Positions 26,603-38,033 of a DNA stretch of 64,000 nucleotides are shown piece after piece. Numbering within the stretch: position 1 is the first letter of the stretch; each line of letters begins with the position of its first letter. Source of the stretch: Folioceros fuciformis. Lineage: Eukaryota. The DNA is taken from NCBI GenBank assembly GCA_049999805.1, contig JBNGIO010006382.1, positions 220,234 to 284,233 on the forward strand, in the 5' to 3' direction. The notes below the pieces were generated by a model that was not told the DNA's origin, searched no databases, and was given only the letters and a program-made list of their open reading frames with translations. The position numbers and the translations under genes were made by a program.

Positions 26603-29600
26603 ATCGTCTTCTATGGCTGGAGTATTTAACGACGAAGAAGAAGTTTCAGCGTCACCAAACACTCTGCGATGGATCCTCCTCGAAATACTAATCATACTTT
26701 GATTAATCATTATGGTGACAACTTTAAAGAGAAGGACAGGTTCAATGGAAAGAATTATTATGTTTGGGCTATACGGATAAAAGGAGCTTTACGACAAAGA
26801 GATCTCTGGGAAATAGTTGAAGGAAGACTCCCCAGACCCACTGAAGTTTTTGGAGCACACCTTCGAACTTCCTGGGATGCCAAGGACGAGAAGGCGCAAG
26901 ACCTTATTATCAGTGGACTTTCGGAGCAGATGGTGATACAAGTAGGTCATGCAAAGACCTCCCACGACATGTGGATTCACCTTGCTCAACTCTACTCCTC
27001 AATGGATGTTATGAGTATCATTGCCGCCTCCCGTAATTTCCGCAACCTTCAAATGAAGGAGTCTGATTCCATTGGACACCATATAAGTGCTTTTCGATTG
27101 GCGAGATCTCAACTTGAAGCTGCAAGTGGCATTCTTGTCCATGAGTTGGAAGCGTATGTCATCCTTCTATCTTCTTTGCCGCCGTCATATAGAGCTTTTG
27201 TCACAACTCAAAATGCTGTCTTGCGCAATGCTAGAAGGGAGGCAGACGAGAATCCACAAGCAGACATTAAGCTCAACATCCCCGAACTCATAGGAGCGTT
27301 GATGCAAGAGAAATCAAGTCGGCGACGTTCTAGAACCAATAAGCAATAGGTGATGTTCAATGGAAGGGGCAACGGAAGAGGCCAAGGTTCTACTTCCCAA
27401 CGACTCCAGAGTTCCAATGACAACTCTCGGAGACGAGAGACTTCTCCTTCAACACCTGCAAGAGGTACCAAGAAGAAAGGCATCATTTGTAATTGGTGCA
27501 GGATCCCAAATCACATGGAAAAGAACTGTTATAAGAAAAAGAATGGCAAGCCCAGAAAAGAGGCCACACTTAAGCCATCTTCCACAACACCTTCGGCTCT
27601 TACTGTATGCTTGGCTTCATCAAAGTCAACAAATCCATATTGGTACTTGGATAGTGGAGCCACTTTACACATATGTCATAATAAACAATTATATGAGTCA
27701 TATTCGCCAGCTACAGGACACTAGGCTGTCTTACTGGGCAATGACCATAACCTCCCCATTTTTAGGTGTAGGTTCAGTTAAACTCAGATGTTCTTCAGGT
27801 CACACTCTCCTTCTTTTAAACGTCCTTCATGTACCATCCATGTGTAAAATTTAGTGTCAGCTGCTAGTTTATGTACAGAACATAATATGCAGGTTATTTT
27901 AGATGCAAATAGTTGTATCCTTACTTACTCTGCTAGTGAGTCCCTCAACACCTGCACAGGCACTATAGAGGACGGGTTATATAAACTGTCCGTTCAAGTG
28001 GGACCCTCACATGATAGAATTAATGTAGCTTCCCAAAATTTTGTCATCTCCAATACAACTTTACTTTGGCATTGTAGATTAGGACATCCTAACAGCCAAA
28101 AGCTTATACAAATGTCTAAGGGAAACCTTTATAGAAACCCTTCTCTTACTAAGATAGAACCATTATCATGGTGTGAAGCTTGTGTCCTCACTAAAAGACA
28201 TCAAGCACCTTTCCAAAACAACTCTCCCCAGCGGGCTAAGGCACCCCTAGAGTTAGTTTACATTGACATTTGTGGCCCAATTTCTACACCATCCTTTAGC
28301 GGTTGCAGATACTTCATTACTTTCCTTGACGACTTCTCCCGCTTTCCCACAACATACATCCTCAAGCACAAAAGTGAAGCTTTTAAGTACTTTAAGGATT
28401 ATATGATGTGGGCGGAAAGACTTACATAGAAGAAACTCAAGACCCTCTGTTCCGATAATGGAGGCGAGTTTATATCAAATGCTTCTACTGATTTTTGTCG
28501 AGCTCAAGGTATTGCTCAACAACTTACAGTGGTATATACACCTCAGCAAAATGGCATAGCTGAAAATAAGAACGCCTTCAAGAGATGACAGGTTGCTTGC
28601 TCTCCCAAGCTAGTTTAATTAATCCATATTGGGCAGAAGCAATTATAACAGCAACATATCTCATTAATAGACTACCAACCTCAGCGGTTAAAGGTATGAC
28701 ACCTTATGAGCATTCACTAGAAGAAAGCCTTCCATTGACCACCTTCTGGTTTTTGGTTGTACGGCGTATGTTTATATTCCTAAGTCACAACGCAAGAAGT
28801 TAGATGATAAGGCTGCCAGATATACTTTTATTGGCTATACAGAAGGTATCAAAGGATACAAATTATTTGATCCAGCTACTAAGAGACTCATTTACGCCCG
28901 CAACGTTACTTTTCATGAGTCACCCATATTATCTCCAGTGAATTCAAGATCTCTTGTCTTGTCCCAGACAATCATCTATCCTCATTCTTTGATGATGATG
29001 AATTTATTAGTCTTCATTACTCTCCTTCCTCTCCTTTGGTTGAACCTATATTGCAGGAGGAGGAGGAGCCACCTTCTCCACGACGACCTAAGATTCCAGA
29101 TCCAAACATGGAAATTCCTCAACACCTTGACGATACTTATGATATCCAGGATGATGACTTTTCTGAGCCTGAATATCTGGATGCAGATCAGCCGATTCCC
29201 CCTATAGTTGAACTAGCTCTTGAAGCATCTGAAGAAGAAAACTCTTTAGGACAAGTCGTCAACGAAGATGCACAACCTGCACCAAGGTACAACCTAAGAA
29301 CCAAACCTGCTGTCTCAGGGCCCGCATGATGGAAGGAACCACCATTAGGATACCTTACCACCTTTGATGATCCCTCCTCACCTTTCTCCCGTGTTCATCA
29401 ATCTGTTTATAAAGCTATAGTTGATCCTGAAGAGCCACTAACCATTAAACAAGCTTTTTCCTCTCATGAGAAGGATTTATGGAAAGCTACGGTGGACTCT
29501 GAGTATGGCTCCCTAGTCAAGAACTCTACATGGGAATTAGTCAAACCACCAAAAGGGGGAAAAATAGTTGGGAGCAAATGGGTCTTCAAATCAAATGTAA

Positions 29601-31729
29601 GGGAGATGGTTCCATTGAGAGATATCTATAAGGCAAGACTAGTAGCCAGAGGTTTTACCCAGATACCAAGTTTAGATTACATACCCTAGGCTACCTATGC
29701 TCCAGTAGCAAAGTTTGCCTCTCTAAGAATTATAATTGCCTTATCTACTCAACATGATTTACATCTTCATATGATGGATGTCAAAACTGCTTATTTGCAT
29801 GGACGCATTCAAGACAAAATATACATGAAGCAACCTGAGGGATATGAGGTCAAAGGCAAGGAAAGTATGGTATGCAGATTAATAAAAGGTCTATATGGCC
29901 TAAAACAATGTGGAAAGGAATGAAACAAGGATATACATGACAAACTCATCAAGTATGGCTTTATACAAAGCAAAGCTGATGCAAGCTTGTATATATTAAA
30001 GACAAAACAATATACAATTTATCTTTTACTTTATGTGGATGACTTATTTTTAGCATCATCCTCACTCTCCCACGTGGCTGAAATAAAGGCTTAGTTAAGA
30101 AGTCACTATGAAATGACAGACTTGGGAGAACTCAATTATGCTCTTAGCCTGAATATTATAAGGGATAGAGGTAAAAAATCAATTTCCTTACTTCAGACAA
30201 AATATATAAAGAAAAGTTTAGCCAAGTTTGGACTTGAGGACGCTAACCCGGCAGCCACACCATTTCCTAGTGGCACGAGGCTCACTATAGATATGAGCCC
30301 TAAGACTGATGCTAAGAAAGCCGAGATGTCAGCAGTACCATACAGACATGCTGTTGGTACTTTAATATATTGAAGTAACTTCACAAGACCTGATATATCT
30401 TCTGAAGTTAGTGCAGTCTCACAATTTTTGGAGAACCGTGGAAGACAACACTGGCTATGTGTCAAGAGGATTTTCAAGTATCTCAAAGGGACTATGCACA
30501 CAGGACTAATGTATAAGCATACACCTAGCATATTCAAGTTAAATTTAACAGCATATGCTAATGCTGACTATGCTGGAGACCTAAACAGCCGAAAATCTGT
30601 ATTTGGCTACGTTCTACTACTTGGAGGTGCTCCTATCTCATGGTCAAGTAAGCAACAACCAACTATTTCTTTGTCAAGTACTGAGTCAGAGTATAGAGTT
30701 CTAACCTCTGTCTCCAAAGATATAGTCTGGAGTAGGTTAGCATTGAGTGAGTTGTGTTATCTTCAAAATGAGCCTACGCATCTGTTCAGTGATAATAGTC
30801 AGGGAGCAATAGCCTTAGCTAGAAACCCTGTCTTCCACTCTAGGACTAAGCATATAGCTGTTGAATATCATTACATACGTGAGATGTTAGAAAATAAAAC
30901 AATAGATATAAATTATATACAAACCCAGAAAAATCCAGCTGATTTATTAACAAAGTCATTGGGCAAGGATTTACACCTTAAGCATATGAAAAGTTTAGGA
31001 ATATGTGAAGTTACCACTAATCTAGCTGTCAAGTTTATCTAATTACAAACCATATAGATCATCTAGCATTTCAAGTTCAGCTTCTAACTCTAAGTAGTCT
31101 TCACTATACTCCTTATCTCTCTCTAATGCCCAAAAAGATCCTACATCAAAGTCCATTGGTTAAGTGACAAAATGATGTGAATAACTTAGTTAAGTGGTTA
31201 GGACACTTACTATATAGGTGTTTAGTATGTCCTCCATATTCTTCACATGGGGATGCACCTAACCACATCATTTTTATTCCTTTCTTGTCACATACATACT
31301 CCATGGGAGCCTCATGGTCATCTGGTTCTTGAAAATATCATGTAAGTAGCCTTAAATAGATTCCCAGTTGGTAAATAGGAAGTTGGTACTTTCCTTTTTG
31401 TACTTGTTTTTCCTTGGGTCACTTGTAGTGGTATGGCAAACCTCACATGGCTTGTACCTACACATTTATCTACTCCTACAATAGAAGTAGATTTTTATTA
31501 GGAAAAATGCTAGCTCTTTAGCTTACATATATATATAGGTACCCCTACCTATTTTCCTACTCACTCTTCTCATTTCCATTGTTTTCTTTTTTTACAAGAG
31601 GCTTCCCTTTGCTAGCCTCCACATCTTTAAGGTGGGGGCTATTTGCACTTGGGTGCGATCTCCAGCTCGAGCTCCCCTCACATACAGCCGGCTGGGAGGT
31701 CACATTATCCTTCATGGTGCCCTAGGACT

Positions 31730-32257
31730 CCTCCGACATATCTTCTTCTTCAACATCGAAGTTATCATATCCTTGGATATTGTGACACGACTCTTGAGTC
31801 TTCACTTGTTGGGTATCTTCTTTTGGAATGAGTGGGAGATAATTTCTGATAAGGATCATCTACAATAACACCACATATTAGCATTATGCAATAATACTAT
31901 TGGTGCAATTTATTTTAGGCTTATTCGCTTACCAGCCTGTTCGACCTCCTTCATCACCACTTCGGCGTTCTCTACATGGGCTTGTATGATCAGCAAGTCC
32001 TCCTCTTCATCGACCATATCTTCACCTATGTTAGCGGATTTAGCACATACTTGAAGAAAATCAGCATTAAAATTCGGATCCTCTATCAAATGTCCAGGCC
32101 CATATTTTGAGATATTATCACCTCGCAACAAGGCATCACGGTACCAATACATTCGAGCACGGGCAGCCTCCTTGCTAAGTGCCTCCCTTTCACGCCTTGC
32201 TGCCATTTTTCTTCTTTTGGCCACGCGAAGAGCGCGTGCCGATGTTTTCCTAGTCAT
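31730..32257 (-). other. Putative spliced gene or gene fragment of unknown function, probably TE-associated
   Basis: ATG at ~32257 gives MTRKTSARALRVAKRRKMAARREREALSKE...EVEQA, then a gtaagc donor (~31931), a ttgtag acceptor (~31859) and an acidic downstream exon. Confidence 0.35.
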
Positions 32258-32416
32258 ATTCTTTTCGGTATTTGCCCCGGCACAGAGTGCGGGGGGGGGC
32301 ACACAACAGCACCTGCACCAGAGCGCACCTGTTGTCTACACATAACAACAAACAATAGGTCAACAATCAACACTAGTGGCAAAATCCAACACCAATCAGC
32401 GTGGAGCGCAGTGTGC

Positions 32417-32583
32417 CTGGATTGGAACGCCGAAGGTTGCGCCCGTCTGGATTGGAGCACTAGATTGGACGCCTGCCTGGATTGGAGCGCCGAAGGTTGC
32501 TGGATTGAAGCGCTGAAGGTTGCTGGATTGAAGCGCTGAAGGTTGCTGGATTAGAGCGCCAAAGGTTGCTGGATTGGAGCGCC
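32417..32583. repeat. 23-bp minisatellite (CTGGATTGGAGCGCCGAAGGTTG)
   Basis: Units start at 32477, 32500, 32523, 32546 and 32569, with diverged copies from 32417. Confidence 0.85.
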
Positions 32584-32723
32584 TCAGCCTGGAGCGCCGT
32601 GTGCAGGCGCAGCGAGATCAACGCCGATGAGATCACCTCGGCCTGGAGCGCCGTGCGCAGGCGCAACAGCGGGATCAGCGCCGAGATGTGAAGGAGAGAA
32701 GAGGAATCCGCATTCTCCCCGTG

Positions 32724-34561
32724 AGCCGTAAAAATCAGGTGGCCAGGTCTGGGCCCCACTGACACTGTTCTTACACGAGTGTGCCTGCAAAGGTTGCAAC
32801 ATAACATGTGACCATCATACACCATATACAAGTATAGGCTTGACCGGCTACCGGTTGTGTCTGCCACCGGGTTGCAAGAACTGCATAGGGTTTAGGTACT
32901 GAAACCCTCATTTCAAATCGTGATTTGCTTACACCGCGGTGCACGAAATTGGCGCCAAATTCGCGTTTCTTAGATGGACAATGGTGATCCTAACTAACCT
33001 CACTTTCCACCAAATGGTGCGCCCTGTACAGATTACTACCAACACAAACAGAATGATGTGTTTTGTGTGCGTTTTAGAGCACATTTGAGTAGGATGTGGC
33101 AAGAAAAGGTTTTCTTCACATCCTGACTTTGGGTGTTCTGTTCTTTCTCCAGTCTTCACTAATTGTTGCATTATGTATACCATTCTGTTTCCCTCAGCAA
33201 TGTAAAGAACATGATGTATTTTTTGTACGTTTTGGAGCACATTTGAGCAGGATGCTACAAGAAAAGATTTTCTTCACATCCTAACTTTGGGTGTTCAGTT
33301 CTTTCTCCAATCCTTGCCAATTGTTGCATGTTGTACACCATTCTGTTTGGCTCAGCAAGGCAAACAGAATGTGATGTGTTATGTGTGCGTTTTCGAGCAC
33401 ATTTAATCAAGATGCTGCAATGGAAGGGTTTTTTCACATCCTGACTTTGGGTGTTCAGTTCTTTCTCTAGTCTTTGATAATTGTTGCATGCTATATACCA
33501 TTCTGTTTGCCTTAGCAAGGCAAACAAAATGATGTGTTTTGTGTGCGTTTTGGAGTACATGTGATCATGAAGTTGCAATGCAAGGTTTTCTTTACATCCT
33601 CACTTTAGGTGTTCAGTTCTTTCTTTAGTCTTCATTAAATATTGCATGTTGATGTCCTTGTGCAGAATATTTTGTTGGTTGTGAAGTAGCTCATAGCCCA
33701 AATGCAAGAGATTGGCGGACAGCCAGAATATAGGTCATTACAACCTTTTATACCAATTGAAGGACCAAGCAATGCAGCTAGGTTGAGACCTTTCTTTTCC
33801 CTTCCCAAAGGGAAAAAGAAGAAAATCACTTGGAATGTAGGAGGTGGCAAAGAGAATGTATAGAGGCCAATGGTAGATAATTACATGCATTCTTTTCCAA
33901 GACAATGGCAAGGTTGCACGCCCTGGGTTTTTCTCTTTACAAGAGTACCTTGGCTTCCGTGTATTTGTTGCTTTGTGCATTTAGTTTCCATTCACTATAG
34001 TGCCTTGTTGCCTCCATGACCTTCTTACTTGCAGCCTTTATGTCCATGGAGCTCAAGCTCTTGCAGCCTTCCAATCCATGGAGCTCAGGCTCCTGCAGCC
34101 TTCCAATCNNNNNNNNNNTGCAGCCTTCCAATCCATGGAGCTCAGGCTCCTGCAGCCTTCCAATCCATCCTCCTGTAGCCTATGAATCCATAGGGCTCAG
34201 ACTCCTACAATTTCAAATCCATGGGGCTCTAGAGTGCAATGGCAAATCATGGCAAACCTTCTATGCTCATGAACGCAGACCCACACTTGCCTTGTCTCTA
34301 CCCGTGGAAGACTAGAAGCGAGACTTGGTTTTGCCCGTGGAAGAAGAAGAGGTGGGACTTGGTTTGCTAAGGCTTGGCGGTGCCACTTTATTTCACCGGT
34401 TGTCGGTGCCCTGCAAAACCATACCTAGATAAAGGGGATAAACCCTAAACCCTGCCTACCGTATCCCTATGCACAAGCCATGGGATGTCATACACGAAGC
34501 ATGGCACGGCTGCACGAGTGGATCGGTGGGGCCCAGACCTGGCCACCTGAGTTTTACGGCT
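32724..34561. mobile_element. Putative non-autonomous DNA transposon bounded by ~36-bp terminal inverted repeats
   Basis: AGCCGTAAAAATCAGGTGGCCAGGTCTGGGCCCCAC at 32724 and GTGGGGCCCAGACCTGGCCACCTGAGTTTTACGGCT ending at 34561 (1 mismatch). No transposase and no clear TSD. Confidence 0.6.
33045..33650. repeat. ~158-160-bp tandem repeat, nearly 4 diverged copies
   Basis: Anchor GAG(C/T)ACAT recurs at 33077, 33235, 33395 and 33553. Confidence 0.9.
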
Positions 34562-34605
34562 AGTCATTCATATTGGTCATGCATACAGTACCTTTGCATC
34601 TATAC

Positions 34606-35236
34606 AGTAACAACGTTGGTTTGAGTACCAAGCAAGTAAGCTCCATGCAAAGGCATGTTTAGCAGAGCAGGTTACTAAGAGAGCATGAGAAGCATGCAGC
34701 CCTAGGAAAAAGTGTGTGGTAGTGAATAATAGCTTAAGGCTTAAGTAAGTGCTTAAGTAAGTAGTTGCTAAGTTAGTGACTTGAGCTTGTGTATAAAAGG
34801 GGACCTAGCCAAGGGTTAAGGGAAGTTCAATACAGGGAGTTGAGATGAGTATCTCCTCAAAGCCTTCAGAGCACTGGGTGCTTGGGCTATGCCTTGAGAG
34901 CATGTGTTGCTTAGGCTGTGAGAGCACATGAAAGGTGCTGTGAAGGAGCTGTGGGAGGAGGTCAAGAGAAGGGAGAGCTAAACTCCTAGAGAAGGGAGAG
35001 CTAAACTCCTAGCTTAGGCAAACATGGGGAGTTCTCTCTAGCCCTCCAGCTCTGTATGTTCTTGTTGACTCGTGATTTGAATAAAGAGCAGCAGCAAGGG
35101 TGCTGGTTGCGAGTCCTCCTAGAAGAGGAGGGCGGGCTACTTGGAGGCCTAGTGATGTGTCCGATGTTTAAACCTGACCCCTGCTTTGGCTTCTAACTGC
35201 GTGGTTCTGCCCCACCCCATTGAAGGGGGTGTTACT
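34606..35236 (+). mobile_element. Solo LTR (631 bp) with non-canonical AGTAACA...TGTTACT termini and TATAC target-site duplication
   Basis: TATAC(34601-34605)|AGTAACA ... TGTTACT|TATAC(35237-35241). Internal TATAAAA at 34792 and AATAAA at 35080 in U3-R-U5 order. Confidence 0.75.
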
Positions 35237-35782
35237 TATACCACCGTTTTTTTAAACATCCTCTTCAGAGATGATTCCTAATTCTTAGGCTAGTTGGTTT
35301 TTTTTTCTCTTTTTTATATGAACCTGGACTTTTTCCCATTCGACCTGAACTAAATTAAGATGCCACCTACGCGTCATCCAGTCAGTAGTTGCCATCTTTT
35401 TGGCACAAAGGGCCAGCCTGGGTCATCCAGATCCCCAATGCCGACACCGACCGTCACACGCACCTGTACAACTCATTGTGGATGCACACTACACTTTGCT
35501 TCAAAGACACTTGCTGTGCAGCACGCGTAGGGAAGCTTCCTGACAATACATCGGGGAGGAAGAAGTCTGGCAGTGCCTACATCCTGAAGCCGCAGCGCTC
35601 GGTGAATGCAGCTGTTTGACGTGGATTCTCTCCATCCTGCATAATCCGATGCAGCGACTACACCTGCGCATTGATCGAATCATCACCTAGCGGCAGCAGC
35701 GGGAGTAGCAACATCGAAGAGAAGGAGGGAGAGGTGAGTCTTGGAAGCTGACAACTGGATGCCAGTCAGGGCGGCAGAAAAC

Positions 35783-37672
35783 ATGGAGAAGAAGGCTACG
35801 GCGGCCAAGGGAACCAGCAGCAACATGAACAAGTTCAAGGTGTGCGGCTGCTTCAGCCTGCGGTTCAAGATGGGAGTCCTGGCAGCGCCCGAGAAGGTGC
35901 AGCAGATCTTTGACAAGTACGCGGAGAGGGGGGTGCTTACGCCGGCTGGCCTGCAGCGCTTCCTGGCCGCGGAGCAGCAGGAGGAGGTGACCCTGGAGGA
36001 GGCACAGCGTCGGTTGGATCAGTCCTTCACCTCCCGCGTGGGGATCTTCAACAAGCTGCACGGACACGCGCACGCTCTGAATCTGGACGACTTCCTGCAT
36101 TTTCTGCTCTCCCCGCAGCTCAATGGAGCCTACGGCACGGAGGTGCACCACGACATGACGCTCCCGCTGTCTCATTATTACATCTACACCGGCCATAACA
36201 GCTACCTCACCGGCAACCAGCTCAACAGCGACTGCAGCGAGGTGCCTATCATAAAAGCACTCAAGCGCGGGGTGCGCGTCATCGAGCTAGATCTGTGGCC
36301 AGACGACTCTAACACCAAGATCCAGGTGCTGCATGGCAACACGCTCACCAAGCCCGTGGATTTCGAGCGCTGCATCGTGGCCATTAGGGATAACGCGTTT
36401 GTGGCATCCGATTTCCCAGTCGTCATCACCTTTGAGGATCACCTCACGCCAGAGCTGCAGGAGAAGGCGGCGAAGCAGACCACGGCCATCCTCAAGGACC
36501 TGCTTTACATCCCCCCCGACGAGGAGAGCTTCCAGGAGTTTGGCAGTCCGGTGTCGCTCCGCCGACGCATCCTAATATCCACCAAGCCCCCGAAGGAGTA
36601 CCTTTCTTCGGGCAAGCTGGAGACGAAGTCGTCCGGGCAACAGCAGCAGCAAAAGCCGCAGACCAACGGGCACGCCGGGAAGTGCAAGCAGCAGGAGGAG
36701 GATGAGGAGCCGTGGGGGGAGGAGGTACCGGACTTCGATGGCCAGGTCGGGGAGGTGGGGAATGCCGAGGAGGCCGGGGTGAAGCTCTCTGAATCCGCCA
36801 TTATGTCCAGCTTGGACGAGCAGTCGCAAGTGGATCAGGCGCCGGCGCCGGGTTACAAGCATATCATCGGGATCCGGGCAGGGAAGAAGAAAGGAGGATC
36901 CACGAAGGACGCGCTGGGAGTGGAGGGCGCGGTACGCAGGGTTAGCCTGAGCGAGCCGCAGCTGGAGAAGGCGGTGCAGGACTACGGGCATGTGGTGATC
37001 AGGTTCACGCAGAAGAATTTGCTACGGATCTTCCCCATGGGAATCAGGTTCAACTCCTCCAACTACAACCCGCTCATTGCGTGGACGCACGGCGCGCAGA
37101 TGGTGGCCTTCAACATGCAGGGCTATGGTCGCCCGCTGTGGCTGGTGCATGGCTTCTTCCGCGCCAATGGCGGGTGCGGATATGTGAAGAAGCCCGACCT
37201 CTTGCTGAGCACGAAGGCGGAGGTTTGGAATCCGCGGAAGCCCGGGCCTCCGCGGCTGCTGCTCAAGGTGACGGTGTACTTAGGGTGCGGCTGGTATGAG
37301 AAGTTTGGGCGCACGCATTTCGACTCCTTCTCGCCCCCGGACTTCTATGCGCGAGTGGGGATTGCGGGCGTGCAGGCGGACACCCGCATGCATAAAACGC
37401 GCACAATCGAGGACGACTGGCACCCAAAGTGGGAGGAGGAGTTCGACCTGCCGCTCACCACCCCAGAGTTGGCCTTGCTCCGGGTTGAGGTGCACGAGTA
37501 CGACATGTCTGATAAAGATGATTTTGCAGGACAGACTTGTATTCCTGTGCCCGAGATCAGACCTGGATACCGAGCTGTGCAACTCTACGATAAGAAGGGC
37601 TTCGAGCTCACGGGAGTGAGGCTTCTGATGCACTTTCGACTTGTTGATCTTGGGCTACCCATTCCTGCATAG
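35783..37672 (+). CDS. PLC: Phosphoinositide-specific phospholipase C, single exon (alternative in-frame ATGs at 35759 and 35825)
   Basis: EF-like N-terminus; X box HDMTLPLSHYYIYTGHNSYLTGNQL, GVRVIELDLWP, ITFEDH, ILISTKPPKEYL; Y box SSNYNP/GAQMVAFNMQG/NGGCGYVKKP; C2 domain PPDFYARVGIAG...DDFAGQTC. Confidence 0.97.
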   Translation: MEKKATAAKGTSSNMNKFKVCGCFSLRFKMGVLAAPEKVQQIFDKYAERGVLTPAGLQRFLAAEQQEEVTLEEAQRRLDQSFTSRVGIFNKLHGHAHALNLDDFLHFLLSPQLNGAYGTEVHHDMTLPLSHYYIYTGHNSYLTGNQLNSDCSEVPIIKALKRGVRVIELDLWPDDSNTKIQVLHGNTLTKPVDFERCIVAIRDNAFVASDFPVVITFEDHLTPELQEKAAKQTTAILKDLLYIPPDEESFQEFGSPVSLRRRILISTKPPKEYLSSGKLETKSSGQQQQQKPQTNGHAGKCKQQEEDEEPWGEEVPDFDGQVGEVGNAEEAGVKLSESAIMSSLDEQSQVDQAPAPGYKHIIGIRAGKKKGGSTKDALGVEGAVRRVSLSEPQLEKAVQDYGHVVIRFTQKNLLRIFPMGIRFNSSNYNPLIAWTHGAQMVAFNMQGYGRPLWLVHGFFRANGGCGYVKKPDLLLSTKAEVWNPRKPGPPRLLLKVTVYLGCGWYEKFGRTHFDSFSPPDFYARVGIAGVQADTRMHKTRTIEDDWHPKWEEEFDLPLTTPELALLRVEVHEYDMSDKDDFAGQTCIPVPEIRPGYRAVQLYDKKGFELTGVRLLMHFRLVDLGLPIPA

Positions 37673-38033
37673 GAAGCTTGAGCATCTTCACGAGACTACT
37701 TTAGTTGCGTGAATCCTCTCTCATTCTCGCCTCGCTTGTTTTATTCACCTTTGATGCATGACTGATTTGCGAAAGGAAGTGGCAAGTGGTGCCAAGCTCA
37801 TGAAATGACAGGCTTACCATGTGATGCCACCAATTGTGCCTCCGCTTCCAATTCTTTCCCTTCAAAGGTCACTGAAGTCCAAGAAGTAATCTATCTACAG
37901 TTTTGCAGTTGTGCCCACATCGAGAGACACTCTCGCTCCACAAGAAACTCAGCATCTCAATGCTCTCTTCTGCCTATAGTACATATTGAGCGGGAGCGCG
38001 CCTGCCAATCTCTTCACAGCGCTGCCATTCTCC

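Larger units (their letters stand above)
25415..31042 (+). mobile_element. Decayed Ty1/copia LTR retrotransposon (5' LTR, PBS, extra ORF, gag-PR-IN-RT-RH with many stops and frameshifts; no 3' LTR found)
   Basis: gag (FNGKNYYVW, LLSSLPPSY), zinc knuckle CNWCRIPNHMEKNC, protease WYLDSGAT, GAG-pre WHCRLGH, integrase DICGP/FLDDFSR/SDNGGE/PQQNG, RT KARLVARGF/YVDD, RNase H ADYAGD/RTKHI/ADLLTK. The IN-before-RT order is copia-type. Confidence 0.95.

Noticed and set aside
27347-27349. Programmed gag-pol readthrough at TAG
   Set aside because: It lies before the gag zinc knuckle and is one of many similar stops, so it is better explained as decay.
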